Assembly: GCA_026415355.1 (NCBI GenBank)
Contig: JAOAHF010000011.1
Span: forward strand, 3,519 to 67,518
Length of the DNA: 64,000 nucleotides
From: Brevinematales bacterium
GTDB lineage: Bacteria; Spirochaetota; Brevinematia; DTOW01
Direction of reading: 5' to 3'
This document shows positions 53,867 through 64,000 of this stretch, in pieces (within the stretch, counting starts at the first letter, position 1; each line of letters starts with the position of its first letter). The notes below the pieces were generated by a model. That model ran no database searches, was not told where the DNA came from, and worked only from the letters and a program-made list of their open reading frames with translations. Made by a program: the position numbers and the translations under genes.

Positions 53867-54451
53867 ATGAAGATAGTGAGAATAGGAGATATACAAAACA
53901 TAAGCCATTCAAAGGAAAATAACGAAAAAAACCCAAGGAGTTTAGACTACAAATACGCTGATGAAATACTTATAAAACTAAAAGATCAAGGCATCCCAAG
54001 TTCTCTCAAGGAAGAAATGAGGACTATCCAAAGAGACATATCAATAGCCCAAGCAAAAGTAGAGGCCTTATCTAACGTTTCCAGAATCCTAAAAAACTAC
54101 TCCTCTTATACTGAAGAACTCAAAAATGAGCTTGAAAATATTTATAAAAACAGTAAATTCGAAGACATATTTTTACTCGAAGACATAAAAAAAGAGATAT
54201 TCTCAGGAGATATAGAAACAATTTATAAAGCACTTGATAGAGAACTTAATAATCTATCTGATACGATCGAAAAAAGCAGAAAAAATGTGAACGCAGTTAT
54301 GGTAAAATTTCAGAATATATCAACATTTATTGACAATATTTCAAGTGAACAAATTGAAAATACCGCGAAATTAATAATTTCGAGCTTCAAAAACACACAA
54401 GGAATCCTAAATATATCTCCAAACTCAATAATGAAATTTCTATCAAACTAA
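53867..54451 (+). CDS. hypothetical coiled-coil protein
   Basis: 194 aa, K/E/N/I-rich. No motif recognised. Confidence 0.3.
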   Translation: MKIVRIGDIQNISHSKENNEKNPRSLDYKYADEILIKLKDQGIPSSLKEEMRTIQRDISIAQAKVEALSNVSRILKNYSSYTEELKNELENIYKNSKFEDIFLLEDIKKEIFSGDIETIYKALDRELNNLSDTIEKSRKNVNAVMVKFQNISTFIDNISSEQIENTAKLIISSFKNTQGILNISPNSIMKFLSN

Positions 54452-54512
54452 CTTATCACTTTCCTAATCCATACCTTGAGAAAAATTTGTACTCAACGAA
54501 GAAGAATGTCTT

Positions 54513-56582
54513 TCACTGTACTTCAAACAAATCTTCAATAGTCGTAATTAACTTTAGTTTCCCTGCTAGTATTTCTACTTTACCATCGCTATACATCCTT
54601 GATATAACCCCAACCTGTTTGAACCTGTTAGAAAAAACTTTATCTCCCAATTTCGGATTTTTAACTCTATTACCACCATTAAACTCAAAAATTTCATCAA
54701 ACATCTTATAGGATATTTCAGAAATTTCCTTGTTAATCTCTTCAAGTTCCTTTTGAGTAACTTTTTCACCTATAAGTCTTTCGCGAATTTTTGAAACTTT
54801 CATTTTAAGTTCGTGTATATCAGCAATAAGTACATCTATCTCTTTTCTTCGTATTTTACCTAGTTTATCCTCCAACTCCGAAAGCTTCATTCTATAATCT
54901 TTTTTAATTCTTTCAATCTCTTGTATTTTCTCATTAAGCTCATCCTTTAGCTTCTGGACTTCTCTTCTTTCTTTTTGTACTTCGATTACAAATTTGTCAT
55001 ATATGTCAACTCCTTCAACCATAACCTTAAGAGCATCCTGGATTATATCATTATCAAGACCTAACTTATGCGCTATAAGTATAGCATTACTACTTCCTGG
55101 CATTCCCATAACCAACCTATACAATGGTCTAAGAGATTGTTCATCGAACTCCATATAGCTATTTTTGAAATACTCAAGTGAAAGTGGTAACTTTTTAACA
55201 AGTGAGTAGTGAGTAGCAACAACAATTTTAGCTTTTTTAAAAGCTAATCGTTTTAATATAGCCACTGCCAAAGCTTCACCCTCTCTAGGATCTGTACCCG
55301 TACCTATCTCGTCAATGATAACTAACGAGTTAAAATCCGAAACTTTTATTATCTCGTTAAGCCTTATTATATGAGCAGAAAAAGTCGAAAGGTTTCTTTC
55401 AATACTCTGGGGATCACCTATATCAACAAGTATCTTACTAAAGTAACCTATAACGGATGTAGATTCAGCGGGTATAAGAAGACCAGAAAGAGCCATAGCA
55501 GTCAAAAGTCCAACAGTTTTTATCGAAACTGTTTTACCAGAAGTGTTAGGCCCAGATATTATAAGTCCTCCAAACTCACTATCTCCATCACCTATTTCAA
55601 CATCTATAGGAACAGCATTTTTAAGAAGAGGATGTCTTGCCTTTATAAGTTTTATCTTTGGTTTTGAAGAAATAGTAGGTTTCTCACAGTTCATCAAAAC
55701 AGAATATTCCCCAAGAGCTCTAAGAGCATCAAATTCTGAAATGAGATCTATTATATCATCTACCATCCATGCCAAGCTACCAATCTTAGATGTTAAATCT
55801 CTAAGTATCCTTTCAACTTCTTTCTTCTCTTCATCAACTAACTCAAGATACCTTATTGAATAAGATTGAACAAATTTAGGCTCCACAAATGCTGTATGAC
55901 CTGTTGAAGATATATCTTGAACAAAACCATCGATCGCATTAACATATTCCATCTTAAGAGGTATCACAAATCTATTGTTTCTTATAGTCACGAATTTGTC
56001 TTGTAAAAACTCTTCATTTTCAGGCTGATTTATAAAATCATTTAGTATCTTCATAACAGTCAGCTCTATTCTTTCTTTTTCTGTTATTATTCTATCAAGT
56101 TTTTCAGAAGCAGTCCTTAATATACCACCATCTTTGTCTATACACCGAAAAACACTGTTTCTTATATCCTCAAACTTATCATAAAAATAATCTGTATCAA
56201 TTTTAACTACTTCTTTCAAAACCAAAAATTCATCATCCAAACTTGTAATAAAAATCAATAGATCCCTGAAAGATAGCATAAACTCATAAACACTGTATAT
56301 ATCTTTAGGGTTAAGAACACTACCACCTTTAGAGTATGTTTTCCAAATATTAACAATGCTATAGTCAATATAAGGTATTGTGATCCTATTGTATACCTTC
56401 TTCATCTTAGATATTAAAGAGTGACGGTATGATATAATACTAACTGCTTCTGAATAATTTTTAGTATAAGTAACTGGCCTGATCGATAAAACTTTTTCTC
56501 TTCCCTCTTTAGTTAAACAATTTGAAGAAATAATATCAAGAATTTTATCAAACTCAAGATCAGAAAGATACTTTAATTCCAT
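54513..56582 (-). CDS. mutS2: MutS2-family ATPase lacking the C-terminal Smr nuclease domain
   Basis: MutS domain V Walker A ISGPNTSGKTV and Walker B/ABC region LVIIDEIGTGTDPREG. Long coiled coil. The C-terminus ends in a small KOW-like beta module (GDKVFSNRFKQVGVISRMYSDGKVEILAGKLKL) and no Smr motif follows. Confidence 0.8.
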   Translation of the reverse strand: MELKYLSDLEFDKILDIISSNCLTKEGREKVLSIRPVTYTKNYSEAVSIISYRHSLISKMKKVYNRITIPYIDYSIVNIWKTYSKGGSVLNPKDIYSVYEFMLSFRDLLIFITSLDDEFLVLKEVVKIDTDYFYDKFEDIRNSVFRCIDKDGGILRTASEKLDRIITEKERIELTVMKILNDFINQPENEEFLQDKFVTIRNNRFVIPLKMEYVNAIDGFVQDISSTGHTAFVEPKFVQSYSIRYLELVDEEKKEVERILRDLTSKIGSLAWMVDDIIDLISEFDALRALGEYSVLMNCEKPTISSKPKIKLIKARHPLLKNAVPIDVEIGDGDSEFGGLIISGPNTSGKTVSIKTVGLLTAMALSGLLIPAESTSVIGYFSKILVDIGDPQSIERNLSTFSAHIIRLNEIIKVSDFNSLVIIDEIGTGTDPREGEALAVAILKRLAFKKAKIVVATHYSLVKKLPLSLEYFKNSYMEFDEQSLRPLYRLVMGMPGSSNAILIAHKLGLDNDIIQDALKVMVEGVDIYDKFVIEVQKERREVQKLKDELNEKIQEIERIKKDYRMKLSELEDKLGKIRRKEIDVLIADIHELKMKVSKIRERLIGEKVTQKELEEINKEISEISYKMFDEIFEFNGGNRVKNPKLGDKVFSNRFKQVGVISRMYSDGKVEILAGKLKLITTIEDLFEVQ

Positions 56583-56585
56583 AAA

Positions 56586-57206
56586 TTAAAGCTTTTGTTT
56601 ATTCTGCGAAAGTCTTTTAAGATCATTTATGTTGTGTATCTTTATTCCTTCCTTATCAACAGATATTTTACCCATTTTTACATATCTCCCTAGTATTTCC
56701 TCTGCTTCTTTAACAGATATACCTGTCCAGTGTGCAATATCTTCAATAGTACTACTTATCACAAACGATTTACTATCATCCTTTGCTACTCCTTCAGATA
56801 GCATTATCAACGTCTCAAGTACTCTTGTATCAGGTTCTTTTATACTGAGTATTCTGAGTTTTCTCTTAGCATCATAAATTCTTCTAGAGAAGTTTTTAAG
56901 CAACTTTAAAGCCCAAGGAGGATTATTTTTAGCTAAAATCTCAAAGTTATCTCTATCCACTTTTACTAATACAACATCAGTTTCAGCTATGACAGTAGCA
57001 GTTCTTTTATCGTTATCAATCAACGCCATTTCACCAAAAATTTCACCCGGACCTATTACATCTATTGTTTTTTCTTTATTATTCTGTATCTTTGTAATCC
57101 TAACTTTACCTTCTTTTATAACATACATCTCCTCACCAGGTTCAAACTCGCAAAATATTATATCTCCTTCATTAAACCTAACTTCAAAAGAATCAGCTTT
57201 ATCCAT
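56586..57206 (-). CDS. Crp/Fnr-family transcriptional regulator (cNMP-binding plus HTH)
   Basis: FEPGEEMYVIKEGKVRI...GPGEIFGEMALI...RTATVIAET is the cNMP-binding beta-roll. The C-terminal HTH is IEDIAHWTGISVKEAEEILGRYVKMGKISV. Confidence 0.8.
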   Translation of the reverse strand: MDKADSFEVRFNEGDIIFCEFEPGEEMYVIKEGKVRITKIQNNKEKTIDVIGPGEIFGEMALIDNDKRTATVIAETDVVLVKVDRDNFEILAKNNPPWALKLLKNFSRRIYDAKRKLRILSIKEPDTRVLETLIMLSEGVAKDDSKSFVISSTIEDIAHWTGISVKEAEEILGRYVKMGKISVDKEGIKIHNINDLKRLSQNKQKL

Positions 57207-57207
57207 A

Positions 57208-57711
57208 TCACCTTACCTCGTAAAGTACTACTTTCTCTCCGTCCTTAAATATTATAACATAGTTTTCACCTATATCAACAACTTTTTCGTTCATTATAAT
57301 ATCACCAACTTTAGCATAAAAAGTACCAACTATCCCCAAATCAGATCTCCCCTCAAGAATAGCAACTCTCTGGTCGTTAACAAAAAATGTTCCTCTAAGA
57401 TTGAAAAAGGAAAAAACTGACTTTTTATTAGTATACCCAAAATCTTGGACCTTAGAAACTAACTTTGTAGAAGATACTCTTTCACTATCAAAAGGCCTTG
57501 AGAAAGGATTTCTAATAAAGTAAGTACCAACATCCACAACATCTTCTGACTTTGAATAATCACCTGAGATAACATATTCACTAGTAGAAATATCAACACT
57601 ATAAGAAATACCAAGGTAATCCATTATAACAGGTATAGAGACCCTAACAGCATTTGCCCAAATCAGTATAACCATAACTAAAAGTAGCCACTTAATAAAC
57701 TTACTATCCAT
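57208..57711 (-). CDS. hypothetical exported protein with C-terminal beta-rich (SAF/PilP-like?) domain
   Basis: 167 aa with an N-terminal TM/signal. It lies 1 nt from both the PilZ gene and crp, implying translational coupling. Confidence 0.35.
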   Translation of the reverse strand: MDSKFIKWLLLVMVILIWANAVRVSIPVIMDYLGISYSVDISTSEYVISGDYSKSEDVVDVGTYFIRNPFSRPFDSERVSSTKLVSKVQDFGYTNKKSVFSFFNLRGTFFVNDQRVAILEGRSDLGIVGTFYAKVGDIIMNEKVVDIGENYVIIFKDGEKVVLYEVR

Positions 57712-57712
57712 T

Positions 57713-58906
57713 TTACCACCTTTTGAAACTACTAAACCACTTTCTTATGTATCCAAAATCTTCCTTGTTCATATTAACAAACTTTATAGCAGAGACAAAA
57801 TCATTATTTTCATAACCTATTCTAATAATCTCACCTATGATTTCAAAAAACCTTGCTCCTATCCTGAAATAGACCTTTACAGTATCATTCACATTAACAA
57901 AGTAAGCAATATGTTTATCAATTTTTATTTTCATTCCACCAAAACTTATGTCAATTATTGGTATAGGATAATCTCTATGCTCATTGAGAACAAAAAATCT
58001 ATTATAGCAGAAAAATTGCTCAACAAGATCAACCATTCCCAAAATTCTCATAAGTTTAGATAGATGATTGTAATTACTAACATTAATTATTTCATTACTA
58101 CATATCATGAGATAACCTAACAAATTATCAACTAAAAACATAGGTAGATAAATATAAGAATTAAAGCCTTTGGTGACATGGTAATTTACAAATGTCTTAA
58201 CCTCAGCATCAAACAAATTTCTTTTAGAAGGTTCTATAAAGTATCCATAACTAGCAAAACCATACATTCTGAAAGGTTCTAAAAATGATCTTGAATTTAT
58301 ATTACTTACAAGCAATCCTACCTTATTGTATCTAGGATACTTTAGCCATTCAAGTTGTGAAAACTCATCAATATACATAACTTCCCCGAAATCTTTACTC
58401 AAAATATCAATAGCTTTTTCCAAAACCTCTTCATAGGTTGTGTTTTGTAACCCTTTGTCAAATAAATTTCTCATGGACAACGGGAATCTGTTGATAAACT
58501 CTTTATCATCCATTTCTTTAACTATATTCAAACTAGCAAATAATATTCCTTCAACATTGTACCTTTCATACTCTCTATGATGTTTTTTTATTACACTAGA
58601 TGGTATAACACAAAAAAATTCGCTGTTTTCAATACGAACTATCTCAGAGTTAAAGAAAAAAACATCTTTACCATAAGGTACTATACAACTCATACCGTAA
58701 GGTAACTTTGGAATTTCAAGTGGAATCGAAGACTTTATATATAAGTAAAAATCATCAATCCTAGTTATTTGGGCTCTTACCTTCAAATCATCTATTATAA
58801 GAATTACTTCACTACCAGAAGACATGAAGAATTTCAGTATATTTACAGAAGTATCTGAACTAATCATACCAAAAATGATAAAACTCATTTCTACTCTTTT
58901 CAACAT
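57713..58906 (-). CDS. PilZ-domain protein (C-terminal PilZ, N-terminal uncharacterised domain)
   Basis: The C-terminal DISFGGMKI matches the PilZ DxSxGG motif, with Arg residues upstream (NRFFVLNEHRDYP). 397 aa. Confidence 0.5.
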   Translation of the reverse strand: MLKRVEMSFIIFGMISSDTSVNILKFFMSSGSEVILIIDDLKVRAQITRIDDFYLYIKSSIPLEIPKLPYGMSCIVPYGKDVFFFNSEIVRIENSEFFCVIPSSVIKKHHREYERYNVEGILFASLNIVKEMDDKEFINRFPLSMRNLFDKGLQNTTYEEVLEKAIDILSKDFGEVMYIDEFSQLEWLKYPRYNKVGLLVSNINSRSFLEPFRMYGFASYGYFIEPSKRNLFDAEVKTFVNYHVTKGFNSYIYLPMFLVDNLLGYLMICSNEIINVSNYNHLSKLMRILGMVDLVEQFFCYNRFFVLNEHRDYPIPIIDISFGGMKIKIDKHIAYFVNVNDTVKVYFRIGARFFEIIGEIIRIGYENNDFVSAIKFVNMNKEDFGYIRKWFSSFKRW

Positions 58907-59046
58907 TTTACTACATCAAATTATTAGAACACCAAATTACTACAAGTATTATCAAATACTCTAAGAAGTTACAGTTCTGTTAAGTGTATAACCTAACTTT
59001 TAGCTCTTTGGAAATACCTATATCATAATAATTTAAATAAAGTCTA

Positions 59047-60405
59047 TTGTTAGGATATTTAACTTCCGATAAATATGCTAGTATGATTGTATTTCTTAAA
59101 CCTGGAATGATAATAACCCCAGAAGAAATATTAGAAGATAAAGGTATATACATAGATATAACAAATGGAAGGATTATAGAAATAAGTGATTATACATTAA
59201 GAGCAGACATAAACATAATACTAACCAAAGATACAATAGCAATACCTGGTATAATAAACGCTCATGATCATCTTCTAGGATCATACTGGCCTAGAGTTGG
59301 TGAAGGGCCACATATATCTTGGAAACCATGGGATGACATACTAAAGTCATCCGACGTGTATAAAGAAAGAAGCAAAATACCTAACTTTTACCTCTATCTT
59401 ATAGGTGCTTACAAAAATCTACTGTCAGGCGTAACAACAGTAATGGATCATATACCACACAAAGTTAATGATAATTTCATAGATAAACTCCCGGTAAAAG
59501 TTATAAAGGAATACTGTCTTGCTCATGAAGTTTCATCATACGATCTCAAGTGGGGTGATGGAATAGAAATAGAACACAAAAGAGCAGTAGAACGAAATTG
59601 GCCATTCGTTACACATATAGAAGAAGGATTTGACGAAGAATCTACGAAAGGAATTGATTACTTAGTTGAGTATAGAGCACTTACAGAACATACAGTTATG
59701 GTTCATGGATTAGCTTTATCAGATTATGACCTTGATAGAATTGCAGAAGCAGGTGCACACCTTGTAACCTGTCCAATATCAAATTATTTTATGTTTAAAC
59801 TTATAGCAAGATTGAAAGAGTGGTTAAATAGAGAGATAAATACATCTTTAGGTACCGACTCACCAATGTCCGGCGGAATAAACATCCTTGAAGAAATGAA
59901 ATTCCTAAAATATGCTTACAAAAACAAATATAATGAAGACCTAGATGATAAAACAATCTTGTATATGATAACTAAAAATCCAGCAAAAGCGTTTAGAATA
60001 GATCAAAATGTTGGATATATCAAGAAAGGATATCTAGCAGATATGACAATCTTTAGAAGGAAAACAAGCAATTTATTTGCAGACATAATAAATGCATGGT
60101 TTAATGATATTGAAATAGTATTCATAAATGGAATACCAAGATATGGATATGATTATTACGAAGATGTATTCAAGAAATTTTCTAACAAAATACCTTACTC
60201 AAAAGTAATAATTGATGGAAAAAGTAGAATTATCGTTGGTTCACTTGAGGAATTGATTAGAAACATCTGGGAATTTGTTGGATTCAAAAAACAATTACCT
60301 TTTATACCAATAACTATTGAGGATGACTATGGCAAGAGTAATAGTAGCGGTAATTATATTTCTGATCATACTCCTTCTAATATTAGCCTTCGTTTTCTAT
60401 ATTGA
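59047..60405 (+). CDS. amidohydrolase-family protein (aminohydrolase/chlorohydrolase-like)
   Basis: IINAHDHLLGSY is the metal-binding HxH. The probable true start is at 59083 (MIVFLKPGMIITPEEILEDKGIYIDITNGRIIEI). Confidence 0.7.
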   Translation: MLGYLTSDKYASMIVFLKPGMIITPEEILEDKGIYIDITNGRIIEISDYTLRADINIILTKDTIAIPGIINAHDHLLGSYWPRVGEGPHISWKPWDDILKSSDVYKERSKIPNFYLYLIGAYKNLLSGVTTVMDHIPHKVNDNFIDKLPVKVIKEYCLAHEVSSYDLKWGDGIEIEHKRAVERNWPFVTHIEEGFDEESTKGIDYLVEYRALTEHTVMVHGLALSDYDLDRIAEAGAHLVTCPISNYFMFKLIARLKEWLNREINTSLGTDSPMSGGINILEEMKFLKYAYKNKYNEDLDDKTILYMITKNPAKAFRIDQNVGYIKKGYLADMTIFRRKTSNLFADIINAWFNDIEIVFINGIPRYGYDYYEDVFKKFSNKIPYSKVIIDGKSRIIVGSLEELIRNIWEFVGFKKQLPFIPITIEDDYGKSNSSGNYISDHTPSNISLRFLY

Positions 60406-60659
60406 CTATAGAAATAAAAAAAGACAATACGAAATGCGTAATAAATCACAGAAATAGAATTATCACCTAATTCCCTTGTATAAGACAATAATGATGATTA
60501 GCTATACAACTTGATATCATCTCTCAATTAAAAACCTTTCAACTCGAGTTAAAAACTGTTTATCAAAAAGTTAAAAAAATAATACTTCACCCAACATAGT
60601 TTACTTAAAAAACAGTATTAACTAAAACGCTTAATAACACAACTGTAAAAATTAGGTAG

Positions 60660-61115
60660 CTACTTACCTATCTGGAGCGATTTTTCAAACATCTGTCTTG
60701 TCGAATTTATAACTGTTACATTTGCTTCGTAAGATCTCGAAGCAGATATCAAATCAACCATCTCTTGTACTATATTTACGTTTGGGTAAAGGACATATCC
60801 TTTGTACTTACCGTGCTTAATTGCATCAGGATGCGATGGATCATAAACCATTCTTGGCGGTGAATCATCTTTTTCGACTTTAACAACTTTAACTCCTGCC
60901 CCCTGCCCAGGCTGTAACGCTTCTGGAAGTAGATGACTTTTAAATTTAAGACTATCATCTCTCGGCATAAGAACAACCCTTTGTCTCTGGTATGGACCAC
61001 CTTCGGTAGTCCTTGTAGTTTCAACATTTGCTATATTGTTTGCAATAACATCAATCCTAAATCTTTGAGTAGTAAGCCCACTACCTGCTATATTAAGAGA
61101 TGTAAACATTCCCAT
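60660..61115 (-). CDS. flgC: flagellar basal-body rod protein FlgC
   Basis: MGMFTSLNIAGSGLTTQRFRIDVIANNIANVETT...YPNVNIVQEMVDLISASRSYEANVTVINSTRQM aligns throughout with FlgC. No flgB or fliE is adjacent. Confidence 0.85.
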   Translation of the reverse strand: MGMFTSLNIAGSGLTTQRFRIDVIANNIANVETTRTTEGGPYQRQRVVLMPRDDSLKFKSHLLPEALQPGQGAGVKVVKVEKDDSPPRMVYDPSHPDAIKHGKYKGYVLYPNVNIVQEMVDLISASRSYEANVTVINSTRQMFEKSLQIGK

Positions 61116-61220
61116 ATATAAATTTATCGTAATTTATTTACAAAACATAAAATAATTCACCAAAAAATCAACCTAGAAATTATATTTACAACTTTACAAA
61201 AACTACTTTATACTTAATAA

Positions 61221-64000
61221 ATGAGAATAAAAAGCATAAGGTTAGAAAACTTCGGGTCACATATTAATACTTTCATAGATTTCTCAAGATTTAATGATTC
61301 GCCAATAGTAATAATAACAGGAGATACTGGCTCCGGTAAAAGCACCATACTAGATGCTATAACATTTAGTTTATACCAAAAAGTACCAAGATATGATACA
61401 TCCGATCTTAAGTCTGTAGTCTCTGAATACTCTCAAAATCAAGATAGTAATACCAAAACCTATTCAGAACTAGTACTCGAGGAAGAAGATCATAAATCCG
61501 ATTCAAACCCCAGAATAATAAAAGAGTATAAAATAGTTAGAAGTATAGCCATCCAAAATTCATCAGTTGAGTATGATGTGGAGTTAAACATCACCAAAAA
61601 AGAATTATCCTTAGAAGGAGAAAAAATCCTTAATGAGGGAATAGTTAAAGATAGCAAGAAAAAAAAGGATGATTACATAATCAAGAATATAATAAAGTGT
61701 GACTACGATGTTTTCACCAGGTCGGTAATTCTACCTCAAGGCAACTTCGCAATGTTTCTAAAAAGCGACAGCTATGAAGACAGAAGAAAAATTCTCGAAA
61801 ACATATTTCAAGAAGTTAAAATATACAGGGAAATTTCAAATGTTACAAAAAATATTCTAGAAAATAAAACAAAAGAACTCGATAAACTAGAGAGTAATAT
61901 GATCAATGCAGTGAAAAACGTGGAATCTAATATAAAAACACTACTCCAAGAAATACCTGATGCTTGGAATCAAATAAAAATAAAAATACAATCCATTAGC
62001 TTAGAGAATACAAGTGAGCTAGATATTATCAACTTAAAGACAGAAGTTTTGAAAAAATACGAAGACAAAATAAACTCAAAACAAAAAGAAAATGAAAAAC
62101 TTTCAGAGCAAAGGAAAATTAAAGAGGATAAGAAAGACAAAATAAAACAAGAAATAGAAAAACTACAAAGTCTAATTCAAATTTACAAAAACATAACTGA
62201 AAAAATCAACAACGCAAAAGAAATAATCTTAAAAACTAAACTAGGAGGAGATATAGAAAAAATCTTCCTACAAACCGATGACCCTTTATTTGTTCTCAAT
62301 CATGAAAAGCTAGATAGAATACTAAAAGATCTTGAAAATAGTCAAAGAAATATGACAGAAGAAGAGGATATATTAACGAGACTTCAGATATCTATTACCA
62401 ATATTAACTCGAAATACAAAACTCTAGCTGATTCATTTAAAATGTTAAAGAACATCTACCCAAACATCCAATTACCAGGTTCAGACTACCTTACAAAGGA
62501 AACTCTCGAAACTCTCGAAAAGGATATAAAGTATCAGATTGATAAACTTAAAGAAGAAATATCAAGTAATCAGAATGAAATAGATAGACTTGAAAGTTTG
62601 AAAATAGATGAACAAATAAACCATTTATTCAATCTACAAAAACATTTCAACGATCTAGAAAGCCTAAACAACGAAATACTGAGGTTAACAGAGAATATTC
62701 AACAAAAACAAGATACAAACAAAGAAATACATAATAAAATCTTAGAGCTCCAAGCACATAGAGAAAAACTAAAAGAGAACGAAAAAAAGTACATTGTTGA
62801 AAAAATCAAGTCTTCGCTAAAAGAGAACGATACCTGCCCCGTATGCGGAGGTATATATCATACATCTATACACACAGAAACTGAATTATCATCACAAAAT
62901 CAATATAAGTTATTACTAGAAAATCTTGAAAAAATTAACAATGAACTCAATAAATTAGAAGTAGAAAAGAAAACTAACGAAAACATAATAAAAACTTTAA
63001 GCGAAAATATTTCAAACAAAACAGACTATATAAACAAAATTAGGGAAGAAATAGAGCAAATTAAAAACAAACTTCAAAACAAAGACATTTCAAAAGATGA
63101 AGATATAACTAAAATAAAAGGAGAGTTGGAACAGAAAAAAAATGAAAAGCAGTTTCTAATAAAAAAGAAATCAGAAAATGAAAAAAATCTACAAAAACTA
63201 GAAACCACCTATAGTAGGATATATGATGAGTTCATACCAAAGATCAATGAACTAGAAGAAGAATTAAGTACCTCAATTGCTTCTGTTGATAACGCCATAA
63301 AAACAAAGATTATAGGTAAGTTATCCTCTACAATAACACTACAAAATCTCGATAAAACTCTTCTAAAAGAAACAGAGGATTATAAAAAACTAATACTCTC
63401 ACAGAAACAACTTATAGAAGACCTCAAACGTTTAATATATTCCATACAAAATGAATACACTGAACTAAAAACCATTAGTAAAGACATGAAAGATATAACA
63501 TTCGACATGTCTAAACTTCTCAATGAAACTCATACTAAAAAGAAGGAATTAGAAGACCTAGAAAAAGAAATTAAACAAATAGACTATGAAATCAAATTAA
63601 ATATGGATAATATCGTAAATATAAGTTCTGAAAAAGGAAAAGTTGAAGAAAAATTCAAAAACATTCTAAATCAAAAAAATACATATGACAAAATAATAAG
63701 AGATATCAGACCACTAAAGGAAGAAATAGAAATTCTAAATGAATTGGAAGCTATCTTAAGAAATAATAATTTGATCGATTTTATCATGAAAATAAAGTTA
63801 GAATACATAGCAGAAAACGCTAATAAATATCTAAGTTATTTAGGTATAACCGATAAACAATTGAAAATTAATTACGACGATAAAGGACTAAGCTTCAACC
63901 TTGAATACATTAATCTAGAAAATACGAGATATAACAAAAGAAATGTTGATAGCTTAAGTGGTGGTGAAAGCTTTTTGTTCTCAATAGCTTTATCGTTTGG
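61221..64000 (+). CDS. sbcC: SbcC/Rad50-family exonuclease ATPase (continues past window end)
   Basis: MRIKSIRLENFGSHINTFIDF...ITGDTGSGKSTILDAITFSLYQKVPRYD (Walker A), a long coiled coil with the zinc hook CPVCGG at about 62836, and the ABC signature LSGGESFLFSIALSF near 63960. Confidence 0.75.
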   Translation, partial: MRIKSIRLENFGSHINTFIDFSRFNDSPIVIITGDTGSGKSTILDAITFSLYQKVPRYDTSDLKSVVSEYSQNQDSNTKTYSELVLEEEDHKSDSNPRIIKEYKIVRSIAIQNSSVEYDVELNITKKELSLEGEKILNEGIVKDSKKKKDDYIIKNIIKCDYDVFTRSVILPQGNFAMFLKSDSYEDRRKILENIFQEVKIYREISNVTKNILENKTKELDKLESNMINAVKNVESNIKTLLQEIPDAWNQIKIKIQSISLENTSELDIINLKTEVLKKYEDKINSKQKENEKLSEQRKIKEDKKDKIKQEIEKLQSLIQIYKNITEKINNAKEIILKTKLGGDIEKIFLQTDDPLFVLNHEKLDRILKDLENSQRNMTEEEDILTRLQISITNINSKYKTLADSFKMLKNIYPNIQLPGSDYLTKETLETLEKDIKYQIDKLKEEISSNQNEIDRLESLKIDEQINHLFNLQKHFNDLESLNNEILRLTENIQQKQDTNKEIHNKILELQAHREKLKENEKKYIVEKIKSSLKENDTCPVCGGIYHTSIHTETELSSQNQYKLLLENLEKINNELNKLEVEKKTNENIIKTLSENISNKTDYINKIREEIEQIKNKLQNKDISKDEDITKIKGELEQKKNEKQFLIKKKSENEKNLQKLETTYSRIYDEFIPKINELEEELSTSIASVDNAIKTKIIGKLSSTITLQNLDKTLLKETEDYKKLILSQKQLIEDLKRLIYSIQNEYTELKTISKDMKDITFDMSKLLNETHTKKKELEDLEKEIKQIDYEIKLNMDNIVNISSEKGKVEEKFKNILNQKNTYDKIIRDIRPLKEEIEILNELEAILRNNNLIDFIMKIKLEYIAENANKYLSYLGITDKQLKINYDDKGLSFNLEYINLENTRYNKRNVDSLSGGESFLFSIALSF

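Overview
AT-rich (about 30-35% GC by eye) bacterial chromosomal window with strongly purine-loaded coding strands. Gene density is high and content is mostly housekeeping. I can support about 60 protein genes, 4 tRNAs, 2 decayed genes, and several promoter and terminator signals. No CRISPR array, rRNA or intact IS element was recognised. The window runs from a partial pheT start, through a GldG-like protein and a sulfatase-family membrane protein, to a partial sbcC at the far end. Between them lie a cell-wall amidase, a class II CPD photolyase, Prp, topA, serA, a MalK-like ABC ATPase, accD, icd and cydAB. Further along are a cluster of secreted proteins, a McsB-like phosphagen-kinase-fold protein, a PEGA lipoprotein, an slt-sigma factor-ftsQ operon, rho-thrB-ybeY, a sugar transferase, tRNA-Arg/Lys/Leu, folD, rpmF, tRNA-Glu and queE with a rodZ-like gene. 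The second half carries a GT2, a PFOR gamma subunit, an MBL hydrolase, pgk, gap, aroB, ilvH, a J-domain protein, a SurA-like/TPR envelope operon, neuB, a PilZ-Crp-MutS2 operon, an amidohydrolase and flgC. Many pathway genes stand alone rather than in their usual operons (flgC, ilvH, accD, a PFOR gamma subunit, prp, sbcC without sbcD, pgk not fused to tpi). That dispersed layout plus cytochrome bd resembles deep-branching thermophiles such as Aquificae, but this is inference only. Three things deserve a second look. First, a translationally coupled four-gene operon encodes a PilZ protein, a small exported protein, a Crp-family regulator and a MutS2 paralog without an Smr domain. Second, a 1 kb decayed coding remnant has extreme C>G strand skew. 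Third, a McsB-like phosphagen-kinase-fold protein has lost its reactive cysteine. The ICMT-family gene just 5' of rho also carries two frameshifts.
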